Notes under the pieces: model-generated | The model's input: the letters and a program-made list of their open reading frames with translations, nothing else | Database searches by the model: none | What the model was told of the DNA's origin: nothing | In this document: positions 39,011 to 48,881 of the stretch, piece by piece | Layout of the letters: every line of letters begins with the position of its first letter | Position numbering within the stretch: the first letter of the stretch is position 1 | Assembly: GCA_965208835.1 (NCBI GenBank) | Contig: OZ242358.1 | Span: forward strand, 1,728,001-1,792,000 | Origin: Candidatus Latescibacterota bacterium | Lineage (GTDB): Bacteria > Latescibacterota > UBA2968 > GCA-2709665 | Direction of reading: 5' to 3' | DNA length: 64,000 bases | Program-made: the position numbers and the translations under genes

Positions 39011-40066
39011 ATGCTTTCATCGCTTCTTCTTGAGCCCGGCCGACTGGAACTGCGGGATGTCGACATCCCCAGCGCCGGTCCCGGCGAAGTGGTTGTCAGG
39101 GTGCGGTCCGCGCTGACGTGCGGGACCGAATTGAAGACATTCCGCCGCGGCCATCCCAAAATACCCACGCCAACGCCGCTTGGGCATGAGTTCTCGGGCG
39201 ATATCTACGAGGTCGGCGAGGGCGTTACCCGATTCAAGCCGGGCGACCAGGTAATGACTGCGCCCACCGCGCCGTGCGGCGAGTGCGTGGACTGCCGGAA
39301 GTCGCGCGAAAACCTCTGCCGGTACGCGATCGATGAAATGGTTTTCGGCGCCTTCGCGGAGTACGTCCGGGTGCCGGCCCACGTCGTTCAGAACAACATG
39401 TTCAAGAAGCCCGCCGATCTTTCCTACGAAGAAGCGGCCATGCTGGAGCCGCTCTCGTGCGTGGTCTACGGCATGGACCAGGTACTGATGGGGCCGGACG
39501 CGACGGTGCTCATCATCGGCGCTGGCGCTATCGGATTGATGCACACGGCCGTCGTACACGCTTTCGGCGCCAGCCGCGTGATTGTGGCGGGCAGGCGCGA
39601 ATACCGTCTAAGACTCGCCACGACGCTCGGCGCCGACGAGATTATAGACGTGGAAAGGGAAAACGCGATCGACCGCGTAATGGAGCTTACAGGCGGCATC
39701 GGCGCCGACCTGGTGATCGAATGCACCGGCCAGCTCGCCGTCTGGGAGAGCACGCCCGACCTGGTTGCCAAGGGGGGAACGATCGTCCTGTTCGGCGGCC
39801 TCCCGAAGGGCACGGTCGCCACCTTCGACACCGCCCGCTTGCACTACGATCAGATTACGCTTAAGGGCGTGTTCCACTACAGCCGCAGCGCCGTGAAGAA
39901 GGCCTACCAGATGCTGGTCGACAGAAAGATCCACCTCAACGGCCTGATTTCCGGCACCTATTCACTGTCCGATCTGAAACACGTCTTCGAGCTTCTTCTT
40001 GAGAAGGGCAACGACGTGAAGTTTGCTGTCGTTCCCTCCGAAGCCAGCCCGGAAAAAGCCGGATGA
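39011..40066 (+). CDS. Zn-dependent alcohol/polyol dehydrogenase (MDR)
   Basis: GHEFSG, CGECVDC..C, GAGAIG. Confidence 0.92.
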   Translation: MLSSLLLEPGRLELRDVDIPSAGPGEVVVRVRSALTCGTELKTFRRGHPKIPTPTPLGHEFSGDIYEVGEGVTRFKPGDQVMTAPTAPCGECVDCRKSRENLCRYAIDEMVFGAFAEYVRVPAHVVQNNMFKKPADLSYEEAAMLEPLSCVVYGMDQVLMGPDATVLIIGAGAIGLMHTAVVHAFGASRVIVAGRREYRLRLATTLGADEIIDVERENAIDRVMELTGGIGADLVIECTGQLAVWESTPDLVAKGGTIVLFGGLPKGTVATFDTARLHYDQITLKGVFHYSRSAVKKAYQMLVDRKIHLNGLISGTYSLSDLKHVFELLLEKGNDVKFAVVPSEASPEKAG

Positions 40067-41106
40067 TGCGCGTAGCCCGTCTCTACGACTACGGCGACAT
40101 CCGCATCGAAAAAGAACCGATCCCCGAAATCGGGCCCGAAGACGCCCTCGTCAAGATGGCGGTCTGCGGTATCTGCACGAGCGATACCCTGCCCTGGTAC
40201 GTGCGACGCAAGGCGCCGATCGTTCTCGGGCACGAACCCGCCGGGACCATCGTCGACGTCGGCGTCAGAACCTCCGGTTTCTCACCGGGCGATCGGGTCT
40301 TTGTTCACCATCATGCCCCCTGCATGCGCTGCCGTTTGTGCCGCCGGGGGCATTTTTCAATGTGCCCCACCTGGAAGGCCTCCGCGCTGGACCCCGGCGG
40401 ACTCGCCGAATTCGTGCGCGTTCCGGGCCTCAACCTCGCAACGGATACCCTCAAGCTTCCTGCGTCGGTTTCCCTCGAAGACGGCGCGTTCGTGGAACCG
40501 ACGGCCTGTGCGGTACAGGCGCTGAAGCGCCGCGCCCGCATGCGTCGGGGAGACCGCGTTCTCATCATTGGTATGGGCATTATGGGTCAGATTCTTGCCC
40601 TGGTCGCCAGGCACTACGGCGCGTCTGCCGTGATTGCGGCCGACCTGGTGCCCTACCGGCTGGCGAAAGCCCGGGAACTCGGAGTCGACGCAGGCGTCGA
40701 CGTTACACGGGAGACCCTCGTCGAATCCGTTGCCGCCGCCACGGGAGGTGAACTGGCCGACGTGGTTGTGGTCGGCCCGGGCACGATAACGGCGATGGAG
40801 GCGGGACTATCGGCTGTGGGCGTGGGCGGGACGGTACTTCTGTTTACGCCTGCAGAACCCGGCCGGACCCTGACGGTCGATCCCTATGATCTGTATTCCA
40901 GGGACATCACGCTGACAGCCAGCTATTCGTGCGGTCCGCCGGACACCCTGGAAGCGCTCGACATCGTCGGCCTGGGAGTAGTGAGCGCGGAAAAACTCGT
41001 CACTCACCGCTTTTCCCTGGAAGAGACCGCCGCCGGTTTTCAGACCGTGGCTGATGCCGGTGAATCCATCAAGACCCTCGTCGTCATCGACGAGACACAG
41101 GCATAG
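40063..41106 (+). CDS. Zn-dependent alcohol/polyol dehydrogenase (MDR), second copy
   Basis: GICTSD, GHEPAG, CMRCRLC..C, GMGIMG. Confidence 0.92.
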   Translation: MMRVARLYDYGDIRIEKEPIPEIGPEDALVKMAVCGICTSDTLPWYVRRKAPIVLGHEPAGTIVDVGVRTSGFSPGDRVFVHHHAPCMRCRLCRRGHFSMCPTWKASALDPGGLAEFVRVPGLNLATDTLKLPASVSLEDGAFVEPTACAVQALKRRARMRRGDRVLIIGMGIMGQILALVARHYGASAVIAADLVPYRLAKARELGVDAGVDVTRETLVESVAAATGGELADVVVVGPGTITAMEAGLSAVGVGGTVLLFTPAEPGRTLTVDPYDLYSRDITLTASYSCGPPDTLEALDIVGLGVVSAEKLVTHRFSLEETAAGFQTVADAGESIKTLVVIDETQA

Positions 41107-41138
41107 CGTTCCGTCCCGCAAGCAGGTCGCAGAATTGG

Positions 41139-41298
41139 CAGTCCGTTGATGAAGTCGCTCTGCAGGCGAGGCCGAGCCATTGTAGCCGAAGACAAGGCGC
41201 GCAACCGAGACCCATCCTGCGATTCGGCGAGGGCCCGCAACGCAGTATTTCGACTGCAAGGGCCGGACGCAGCCCGGATGGGCTTTTTCGACGTGCTG
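41139..41298. mobile_element. MITE-like element, degenerate
   Basis: Imperfect TIR CAGTCCGTTGATGAAGTC / GGCTTTTTCGACGTGCTG. Confidence 0.5.
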
Positions 41299-41425
41299 TC
41301 AGGGCTGCAGTCGTTGCAGATTCGATTCAAGCCTGTTTTTTCCAATCCCGTATCTGTCAGCTGATTCGTCCGCCAGGGCTCGACCCTGCATTTCATGGCT
41401 TTTCGCCAACAGAAAGGATACCGGC

Positions 41426-41617
41426 ATGCCCTACGTCAATGTCAAGATGCTCGACGGCCGCACGAACGACCAGAAACGCGAACTGGCCAGGGCCATCACA
41501 GACGCCCTTGAAGACATCTGCGGAGCAAAACCGGATGGCACCATGGTCGTCATCGAGGAAGTGGCACGCGACCACTGGGCCGTCGGCGGCGTACTGATTT
41601 CAGACCGGGACGGATAA
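41426..41617 (+). CDS. 4-oxalocrotonate tautomerase family
   Basis: N-terminal Pro (MPYV), GRT.DQK, WAVGG. Confidence 0.92.
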   Translation: MPYVNVKMLDGRTNDQKRELARAITDALEDICGAKPDGTMVVIEEVARDHWAVGGVLISDRDG

Positions 41618-41711
41618 TCCGCGAAAACGCCGTCATTGCGCAGACACGCCCGCGCGACGTTTGGCGTTGCGGTCCCGGTATGCACGAAGCCGGGTTTTCA
41701 CGCGTTTGACC

Positions 41712-41740
41712 TTGACAGGAATATACGGGCCGCCTATATT
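41712..41740 (+). promoter_or_regulatory. Sigma70-like promoter for TPR-mdh
   Basis: TTGACA-17nt-TATATT. Confidence 0.65.
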
Positions 41741-41887
41741 GCACCGATCCGCAGTTTGATTCGCTAAAAGCGGTACGATTGCCGATCGGCGCCAGCATTG
41801 GCTTGTACCGTTCTCCGTGGCTTTTGCTCTTGTCGGCGGCGACCGCGAGACGTCGAAAAAAGAAAGGGGAAGGCTTTGAACCCTACA

Positions 41888-43114
41888 ATGCGATTCCTTC
41901 GCCGGGCGGGCATTCCGGTACTCGCACTGCTCGTGTTGGCATCACTCGGGACCGCGCCCCCGGAGGCGTTGGCAAAAAAGAAGAAGATCACGAAGGGGGA
42001 CGCCAAGATTGCCAAGCGGTCCGCCCACCTCTACGTCAGCCAGCGCCTGTTCGACAAGGCCCTGGCCCAGTTGCTGATCGTCATCGAAGGCGACCCCAAT
42101 GACGTACAGGCGCACTTCATGCTGGGCGAGATATATTCCGAGAAGAACATGCAGGACGAAATGAGGAAGGAATTCGAGTGGGTCCTGGGTACCAAGAAAG
42201 GCAAGAAAAAATACGCCAAGAAAATCCAGCCCTACCTGGACATGTGGTGGAGCCGGAACTACAATAACGCCGTACGGGCGATCGGCGCGGAAGACTTCGG
42301 CCCGGCTATCGAATCGCTTCAGAAAGCAATCGCACTCGCGCCGGAGAAGCCTATGTCCTATCAGGCGCTGGGGGTGGCCTACCTGAACATGGGCCAGGCG
42401 CAGGCCGGCATCGACGCCTACGAAAAGGCGGTCGAGCTCGACAGCACGGAAGCATCCTCGTTCGTCAACCTGGGCCGGGCGTACATGAATCTCAAGAGTT
42501 ACGAAGAAGCCACGCAGTGCTTCACCAGGGCCCATAAACTGGCTCCCGATAACGCCGGCTACCTCAACGACCTCGCCCGCGCCCACCAGTTCAACGGCGA
42601 CACCGCGGCCGCTCTCGAATCCGCGGAGAAGGCCCTGGCCATCGAACCCGACAACGTGGACGTTTCGCAGATGGCCGGACAGATGCACCTGTTGGGCGGC
42701 AACTACGAGAAGGCTGCCGAACTCCTGGAGACGGTGGCCGCTCAGAAGCCGGAAGACGTGGACAACCTGTTCAATCTCGCGGAGTGTTACAGGAATCTCG
42801 GAAGGGTCGACGAGGCCGTCAACCTGTTCCTGAAAAGCGTCCAGGCCAATCCGCAGGACGCCGACGCATGGTTCCGGCTGGGCCGGATTTACGAAAAACA
42901 GGAAAAGTACGAGGATTCCATCGAGGCATTGAAGATGGTCGTTAGCATCAGACCCACCAGCGTCCAGGGCTGGCAGGCGCTGTCCCGGTCGTGGGCCCTG
43001 CTCTCGCAGGTGCAGTCTGATGCGGGAATGGACGACGCGGCATCGGAAAGCGCAAAGAAGGCCGAAGAGGCCTACAACATGAGCACGAGCCTGCAGGGTC
43101 AGGCAGACGAGTGA
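41888..43114 (+). CDS. Exported tetratricopeptide repeat protein
   Basis: Signal peptide; about 8 TPR-like repeats. Confidence 0.88.
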   Translation: MRFLRRAGIPVLALLVLASLGTAPPEALAKKKKITKGDAKIAKRSAHLYVSQRLFDKALAQLLIVIEGDPNDVQAHFMLGEIYSEKNMQDEMRKEFEWVLGTKKGKKKYAKKIQPYLDMWWSRNYNNAVRAIGAEDFGPAIESLQKAIALAPEKPMSYQALGVAYLNMGQAQAGIDAYEKAVELDSTEASSFVNLGRAYMNLKSYEEATQCFTRAHKLAPDNAGYLNDLARAHQFNGDTAAALESAEKALAIEPDNVDVSQMAGQMHLLGGNYEKAAELLETVAAQKPEDVDNLFNLAECYRNLGRVDEAVNLFLKSVQANPQDADAWFRLGRIYEKQEKYEDSIEALKMVVSIRPTSVQGWQALSRSWALLSQVQSDAGMDDAASESAKKAEEAYNMSTSLQGQADE

Positions 43115-43143
43115 ACAGGAAGCGCCGCCAGGAGAGAGAATCG

Positions 43144-44154
43144 ATGTATCTGACGGAGGAAAAAGTAGCCGTTCTGGGTGCGGCGGGAGCCATCGGCTCA
43201 AATCTCGCCCAGACCCTGCTGGCATCGGGAACAGCCGGCAGGGTATCCATGTACGACCCGTTCGAACCAGGGCTGGAAGGGGCCGCGGAAGAAATCTGGC
43301 ACTGCGGATTTCCGGGGGCGAACGTCACCTGGACCGCGGACGTCGCCGAAGCCCTTGCCGGCGCCAGCTATGTGATCAGTTCGGGCGGCGCCCCCAGAAA
43401 GGAAGGGATGACGCGCGAAGACCTCACGCGCGATAACGGACTGATCGCGAAGCAACTCGGTCTCGACATCAAACAGTATTGCCCCGATTGCAAATTCGTC
43501 ATTATCATCTTCAACCCCGCCGATATCACAGGGCTCACCACGCTGGTGCATTCCGGGCTTTCAGCCGGCCGGGTGTCCACGCTCGCGGCCCTGGACAGCA
43601 CGCGGCTGCAGACGGCGTTGGCCCAGCATTTCATGATTCAGCAGGACCGCGTGACCGGCTGCAAGACCTACGGAGGTCACGGCGAATCGATGGCCGTATT
43701 CAAGAGCGGCACCGCCGTGGACGGGATACCACTCACGGATATACTGGCGGGTAAATCCGTCAACGGTATTTGCATGACAACGGAAGCGTGGAGCGGCATC
43801 CAGGCCCACGTGACCGGCGGCGGCGCCCGGATCATCCAGTTGCGCGGGCGTTCGTCCTTCCAGTCACCCGCGCAGCAGAGCGTCTTCATGTTGAGGGGGC
43901 TCTTCGGCGAACCCTACGACTGGCCCTGCGGCGCTTACGTCAACAATGGCGAATTCAGCAACATAATGATGGCCATGCCTGCGACCCTTTCGGCAGACGG
44001 CGTAACCGGCAGCATGCCTGAGGGAACGGAGGAAGACCTGCAGGCATTGAGGAAATCCTACGCGCACCTGGTCGGATTGCGGGACGAAATCATCGCGGAG
44101 GGCATCCTGCCACCGCTGGCCGAATGGGGAAGCTGCAACCCGAATCTGGCATAG
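43144..44154 (+). CDS. mdh: Malate dehydrogenase
   Basis: GAAGAIGS, PRKEGMTREDL, NPAD, LDSTR, GGHGE. Confidence 0.9.
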   Translation: MYLTEEKVAVLGAAGAIGSNLAQTLLASGTAGRVSMYDPFEPGLEGAAEEIWHCGFPGANVTWTADVAEALAGASYVISSGGAPRKEGMTREDLTRDNGLIAKQLGLDIKQYCPDCKFVIIIFNPADITGLTTLVHSGLSAGRVSTLAALDSTRLQTALAQHFMIQQDRVTGCKTYGGHGESMAVFKSGTAVDGIPLTDILAGKSVNGICMTTEAWSGIQAHVTGGGARIIQLRGRSSFQSPAQQSVFMLRGLFGEPYDWPCGAYVNNGEFSNIMMAMPATLSADGVTGSMPEGTEEDLQALRKSYAHLVGLRDEIIAEGILPPLAEWGSCNPNLA

Positions 44155-44178
44155 CACCGGTAAGGATACGGTACATTC

Positions 44179-44206
44179 AAGGGGCGCCCCTCGGGTTGCC
44201 CCTTTT
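44179..44206 (+). terminator. Intrinsic terminator after mdh
   Basis: AAGGGGC..CCC-TC-GGG..GCCCCTTTT. Confidence 0.6.
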
Positions 44207-44321
44207 CGTTTGCCGCGGTTTTGCTTTTTCGTTATTTTCCGGCCGCATCCGGCCGCATCCGGCCGACCGCGGATCTCTTGTTGTTTCCACCGCAGAGGAA
44301 CCTCTGTCCGCACCATACGAC

Positions 44322-45452
44322 ATGCTCGTCAAGGGCGGTACGGTAATCGACCCGGCGCAGGGTCTGCACGCCGTGCGGGACGTGGCTATAGCGGCGGGGC
44401 GCATCGCCGCGCTCGACAGTGAGATCTACGAAGAGACGGCGCAGACCGTGATCGACGCCGCCGGCTACCTGGTAACGCCCGGTCTGATCGATCTGCACGT
44501 CCACGTCTGGTGGGGGGTATCGCACTTCGGCGTGGAACCGGACCCTACCTGCCTGGCGAGGGGCGTGACGACCGTGTACGACACCGGTTCCTCGGGCGCC
44601 GACACGTTTCCGGGATTCAAGAAGTACGTGATCGACGCCAGCGCCACCCGAATCAAGGCCTTTCTGCACGTCTCGTCCCAGGGCCTGTTGACCGCCGACG
44701 TCGGCGAGCTCACCGATCTTCGTTATGCCGACGTGGACCGCGCCGTGCGGATGTGCGAGGCGTACAGTGACGACATTATCGGCGTTAAGATCAGAATGTC
44801 GAAGGGCCTGGTGGGTGAGAACGGCAGGGAAGGCCTGAAACGGGCTTGCGAGATACGCGACGCCACCGGTCTCCCGTTGATGGTCCATCCCAACGCGAGC
44901 CCGGTGTCTTTCGAGGACATGATGGACGCCCTGCAACCCGGAGATATCGTCACGCACTGTTTTCACCAGAGCGACACCGGTATTCTGGATGATTCCGGCG
45001 CGGTCCGTCCCGCCGCTCGCAAAGCAGCGGAAGACGGAATCCTGTTCGACGTGGGTCATGGCCAAAGTAGCTTCGTGTTCGACGTTGCCGAGGCCGCGAT
45101 GTCCCAGGACTTTCCGCCGGACACGATCTCCAGCGACCTCCACGTCTACAATCTGAATGGGCCCGTGTACGACCTTGTCACCACCGTCTCCAAGTTTCTC
45201 TTCTTGGGCCTTTCGCTGGAAGAGGCCGTCGAGAAGGTGACGGCGGCTCCCGCGCGCGCCATGGGTGTGCTCGGCGAAATCGGCACCCTGAGGCCAGGCG
45301 CGAAAGCAGACATGGCCATCCTCGAACTCAAGGCGGGCAGTTGCGTATTCACCGATACCCGCGAACGCACCCGTCAGGCCGAACAGAAACTCGAATGTGT
45401 TTCCACCATCCGCGCCGGCCGGCTATACGCGCCGTCGGCTTTCGACGATTGA
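44322..45452 (+). CDS. Amidohydrolase/deacetylase (dihydroorotase-like) metallohydrolase
   Basis: PGLIDLHVH, THCFH, FDVGHG, TISSDLH; start uncertain. Confidence 0.88.
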   Translation: MLVKGGTVIDPAQGLHAVRDVAIAAGRIAALDSEIYEETAQTVIDAAGYLVTPGLIDLHVHVWWGVSHFGVEPDPTCLARGVTTVYDTGSSGADTFPGFKKYVIDASATRIKAFLHVSSQGLLTADVGELTDLRYADVDRAVRMCEAYSDDIIGVKIRMSKGLVGENGREGLKRACEIRDATGLPLMVHPNASPVSFEDMMDALQPGDIVTHCFHQSDTGILDDSGAVRPAARKAAEDGILFDVGHGQSSFVFDVAEAAMSQDFPPDTISSDLHVYNLNGPVYDLVTTVSKFLFLGLSLEEAVEKVTAAPARAMGVLGEIGTLRPGAKADMAILELKAGSCVFTDTRERTRQAEQKLECVSTIRAGRLYAPSAFDD

Positions 45453-45468
45453 CATCGGAGAGACCCCC

Positions 45469-46251
45469 TTGAATATCATGGTACTGTGCGACCTCGAAGG
45501 CGCCGCCGGCGTTGTCGATTTTCAGACGCAGACCTATGACAACACGCGGTACAACGACCAGGCGAAGAACCTGTCCACCCTGGAAATCAATGCGCTTGTG
45601 GACGGTGCCCTGGAAGGCGGAGCCGAGCAGGTCATCGTCCTTGACGGACACGGCAGCGGGGGAATCAACATCGAGCTGATACACTACGAAGCACGGGTCA
45701 TGTTCGGCCGTCCGCTGGTTTCCGCGTGGGATCTCGGCATTGACTTCGACGCCATGTTCCTGTATGGCCACCACGCGATGGAGAACACGCCCGGGGGCGT
45801 GCTGTGCCACAGCTGGAGTTCTCGCGCGATTTCCAACTGCTGGCTGAATGGCGAGCTCATCGGCGAAATCGGGTTCAACATCGCAAACGCCGCGGAGGCC
45901 GGCGTTCCCACGGCGTTTATCAGCGGCGACCGGGCGGCCGTGGACGAAGCGAGGGAGTACGTGGGAAATATCGAAGGCGTTGTCGTCAAGAAGGGGCTCA
46001 GCCGTACAGCGGCCCTCACGCTTTCTCCAGCAAAAGCCCGGGACCTCATCCGCGAAGGCGCGAAGAGGACAATGGGCCGCATCGGGGAATTCGAGCCTTA
46101 CCGCGTTGCGGGTCCCTACACATTTGAGACGGAATACAGGGCCGAATCCAGCGCGGCATCCAAAGCGTCCAGCCCCGGCGTCGAGCGCGTTGATACCCAC
46201 ACCGTCAGGATAACCGGCGACACCCTCGCCGGGATCGCAGAAAGAAAATAA
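45469..46251 (+). CDS. M55 D-aminopeptidase (DppA-like)
   Basis: DLEG, DGHG, GHHA, LCHS, GEIG, ISGD. Confidence 0.9.
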   Translation: MNIMVLCDLEGAAGVVDFQTQTYDNTRYNDQAKNLSTLEINALVDGALEGGAEQVIVLDGHGSGGINIELIHYEARVMFGRPLVSAWDLGIDFDAMFLYGHHAMENTPGGVLCHSWSSRAISNCWLNGELIGEIGFNIANAAEAGVPTAFISGDRAAVDEAREYVGNIEGVVVKKGLSRTAALTLSPAKARDLIREGAKRTMGRIGEFEPYRVAGPYTFETEYRAESSAASKASSPGVERVDTHTVRITGDTLAGIAERK

Positions 46252-46265
46252 CCGCGCGGTTAAAG

Positions 46266-47372
46266 GTGCTGATTATGAGCTACTCTCCCGTCGGATTCGA
46301 AAAGTGGGACCTGGATACGCCGGCATTGATGCTGGACCTGGACCTTCTGGAAGACAACATCGCCCGGATTGCCGCCCGCTGCAAAGCCTGCGGCGTCCAC
46401 TGGCGCCCGCATACCAAGGGGAACAAGACCCCGGCCATTGCGCACAAACTGCTTGACGCCGGCGCGATTGGAGTCACCTGCGCGAAACTCGGTGAAGCGG
46501 AAGTCATGGCCGCGTCGGGCATCAAGGATATCCTGGTTGCAAACCAGGTCGTGGGCGAAAGAAAGATGGCCCGCCTGACGCACGTGCAGCGACACGCCGA
46601 CGTTATGGTTGCCATCGACCACCCGGTCCACGTCAACATGATTTCGGAAGCGGCGCAAGCAGTTGGCGTGAGCGTGCGTGTCCTCGTCGAACTGGATATA
46701 GGCATGGGACGCTGTGGCGTCGGGGCGGGGAAGCCCGCCCTGGAGCTGGCGCAGCAGGCCGACGCCGCTCCGGGCGTGACATTCTCGGGCCTGATGGGCT
46801 ACGAGGGCCAGGCAATGGACCTGCCCGATCCGGAGAAGGAAGCCGCCTGCGCCGAAGCCGTCGCCCTTCTCGCGGACTCGCAGGAGCACATCGAGGCGTC
46901 GGGCATCGAATGTCCGATCGTCAGCGCGGGCGGTACCGGAACGCTGGCGTTCACGCCGGACTGCCCGGGCCTCACCGAGATTCAGGCCGGTGGCGGGATC
47001 ATGATGGACACCCTCTACGCCACGTCGATGGGGGTACGGGGGCTGGAACACGCACTCTCCGTTCTTGCCACGGTGGTCAGCCGCCCCGCTCGCGACCGGG
47101 CGTATATCGACGCCGGCCGAAAAACCACTTCGTCACAGTTCGGTCTGCCCTGGGCGAAGGACAGGGAAGGTATTGACGTTGTCGGCCTGTCTGCGGAACA
47201 CGGTCATCTGGAGCTGAAGAATCCCGATCACCCGTTGAAGATCGGGGACAAAATCGAACTCATCTCCGGTTACAGCGACATGACGGTTTTTCTGCACAAT
47301 GAGATCCACGGCATTCGGAACGACCGGGTGGAAGTCGTATGGGACATCCTCGGCCGCGGCAAATTACAGTAG
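46266..47372 (+). CDS. DSD1-family PLP enzyme (D-threonine aldolase/D-serine dehydratase-like)
   Basis: LDTPAL, RPHTK, GMGRCGV, GLMGYEG, IDAG.K, SAEHG. Confidence 0.9.
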   Translation: MLIMSYSPVGFEKWDLDTPALMLDLDLLEDNIARIAARCKACGVHWRPHTKGNKTPAIAHKLLDAGAIGVTCAKLGEAEVMAASGIKDILVANQVVGERKMARLTHVQRHADVMVAIDHPVHVNMISEAAQAVGVSVRVLVELDIGMGRCGVGAGKPALELAQQADAAPGVTFSGLMGYEGQAMDLPDPEKEAACAEAVALLADSQEHIEASGIECPIVSAGGTGTLAFTPDCPGLTEIQAGGGIMMDTLYATSMGVRGLEHALSVLATVVSRPARDRAYIDAGRKTTSSQFGLPWAKDREGIDVVGLSAEHGHLELKNPDHPLKIGDKIELISGYSDMTVFLHNEIHGIRNDRVEVVWDILGRGKLQ

Positions 47373-47468
47373 CGGCAGGAACCGGCCCGCGTGCGTTTCC
47401 CGGATCGATAGTCGTTTCTGCAACCCCGATCTTTCCGTTTCCAATCCGCAATTCAATGGAAGAACGAG

Positions 47469-47675
47469 ATGACTGAGCCGCGGTTCGTGGTGGACCAGGC
47501 CGGTAACCGGGTCGGCGTCCTGCTGGACATCGACGAATACAACCGCCTCCTCGAGGCATCCGGATTGCCGGAATCCCGACGCGCAGGGGAAGAGGATGGG
47601 GCATCCGGCCCTGCCTATACCCGTGACGAGAAAAAGCTGATGGAAGACCGGCTTGAATCTCTGGGCTATCTATGA
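47469..47675 (+). CDS. Small 68-aa protein with C-terminal RLxxLGYL tail
   Basis: ORF fills the gap before the sulfotransferase; recognisable N- and C-terminal motifs. Confidence 0.7.
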   Translation: MTEPRFVVDQAGNRVGVLLDIDEYNRLLEASGLPESRRAGEEDGASGPAYTRDEKKLMEDRLESLGYL

Positions 47676-47733
47676 GGTGCCTCTTCATCCCGCGTAGACG
47701 TCCCGTCTCGTACGGCGTGATCGAAGGCGTCCC

Positions 47734-48312
47734 ATGATCGATCCCGATACGATCGTCGTCGTCTCCGGACTGCCCAGATCGGGCACTTCGATGATGATGC
47801 AGATGCTTGAAGCTGGCGGTATGGAGGTCATGACGGATGGGCTGAGAGCCGCGGATGAAGACAATCTAAGGGGCTATTTCGAATATGAGACCGTCAAAGC
47901 GCTCGACACGGACCGGAGCTGGCTGCCCGAAGCCAGAGGCAAGGCCGTCAAGATCATCTCTGAACTGCTGAAATACCTTCCCGAAACACAGACATACAGA
48001 ATTATCTTCCTGCGCAGGGCACTGGAGGAAGTGCTCGCCTCACAGGACCGAATGCTGGTCCGTCGGGGCGTGCAGCCGGGCGGGCCGGCGGAAAACGCGG
48101 AGATCGCCCGGATCTTTCGCAAACATCTCCGGCAGACGGAAGCCTGGCTGTCCGGACGACCCGGCTTCCGGACCCTCTATGTCCACCACCGGAAGATTAT
48201 GGCGGACCCCGCCCGGGAGGCCGCCCGCGTCAATGCCTTTCTCGACGACCGCCTCGATGAAGCCGCCATGGCCGCCTCCGTAGATGCATCTCTCTATCGC
48301 CAACGTGGATAG
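47734..48312 (+). CDS. PAPS-dependent sulfotransferase family
   Basis: VSGLPRSGTSMM (5'-PSB loop), N..GYFE, R..EEV.AS. Confidence 0.88.
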   Translation: MIDPDTIVVVSGLPRSGTSMMMQMLEAGGMEVMTDGLRAADEDNLRGYFEYETVKALDTDRSWLPEARGKAVKIISELLKYLPETQTYRIIFLRRALEEVLASQDRMLVRRGVQPGGPAENAEIARIFRKHLRQTEAWLSGRPGFRTLYVHHRKIMADPAREAARVNAFLDDRLDEAAMAASVDASLYRQRG

Positions 48313-48341
48313 ACTCGCGTTTCCCATGCGATAACCCAACC

Positions 48342-48363
48342 AGGCGGCCCATACGGGTCGCCT
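48342..48363 (+). terminator. Putative terminator hairpin
   Basis: AGGCGGCCC-ATAC-GGGTCGCCT followed by TCTT. Confidence 0.5.
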
Positions 48364-48400
48364 TCTTCATTTCCCTCCATCCTTTCCATGTCGGGCCTGA

Positions 48401-48652
48401 CCTACCCCATTTCCTGCAGGAAGGGGGGAATTGTCACGCCATGAAGATACTTTGCTTTTCTCCCCCTTTCCTTTAGGAGAGGGGGCCGGGGGGAGAGGTC
48501 CCGCGCCTCATTGAGGCGCTGACGTACGTGATTGACGGCACCAAGCCCTATCTAAGGCCGGTGGCGCGCGGGATAACCTCCAACCTTCTTCCTTCTGCCT
48601 TCTGCCTTTTTCCTTCTTCCGCCTTTCTTTGTGTCTTCACGTCTTTGTGTGA
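48401..48652. repeat. Mosaic of REP-like palindromes and a CCTTCTG heptamer tract
   Basis: CCCCCTTTCCTTTAGGAGAGGGGG at 48462; CCTTCT(T/G)-type units every 7 nt from 48584; CTTTGTGT twice. Confidence 0.7.
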
Positions 48653-48881
48653 GCCGGTTTTTGGGTTTGTCGGGACTGCCGGATGTCGCTGATGTTCACA
48701 AGTGTGGACGATAGACGACAGATTCGTCGGCCGGTGTAAATACATATCCCATTGTTTTTAAGAGTTTTATAATATTGGCACGCTGATTGCATATACCCTC
48801 GGTAGCGATAACGGGCGGAAAAGAAAGTTGCCTCATTTCCATTTGCCGGACCTCGCTGCTTGCAGGGTCCGCGGAGTTTCC

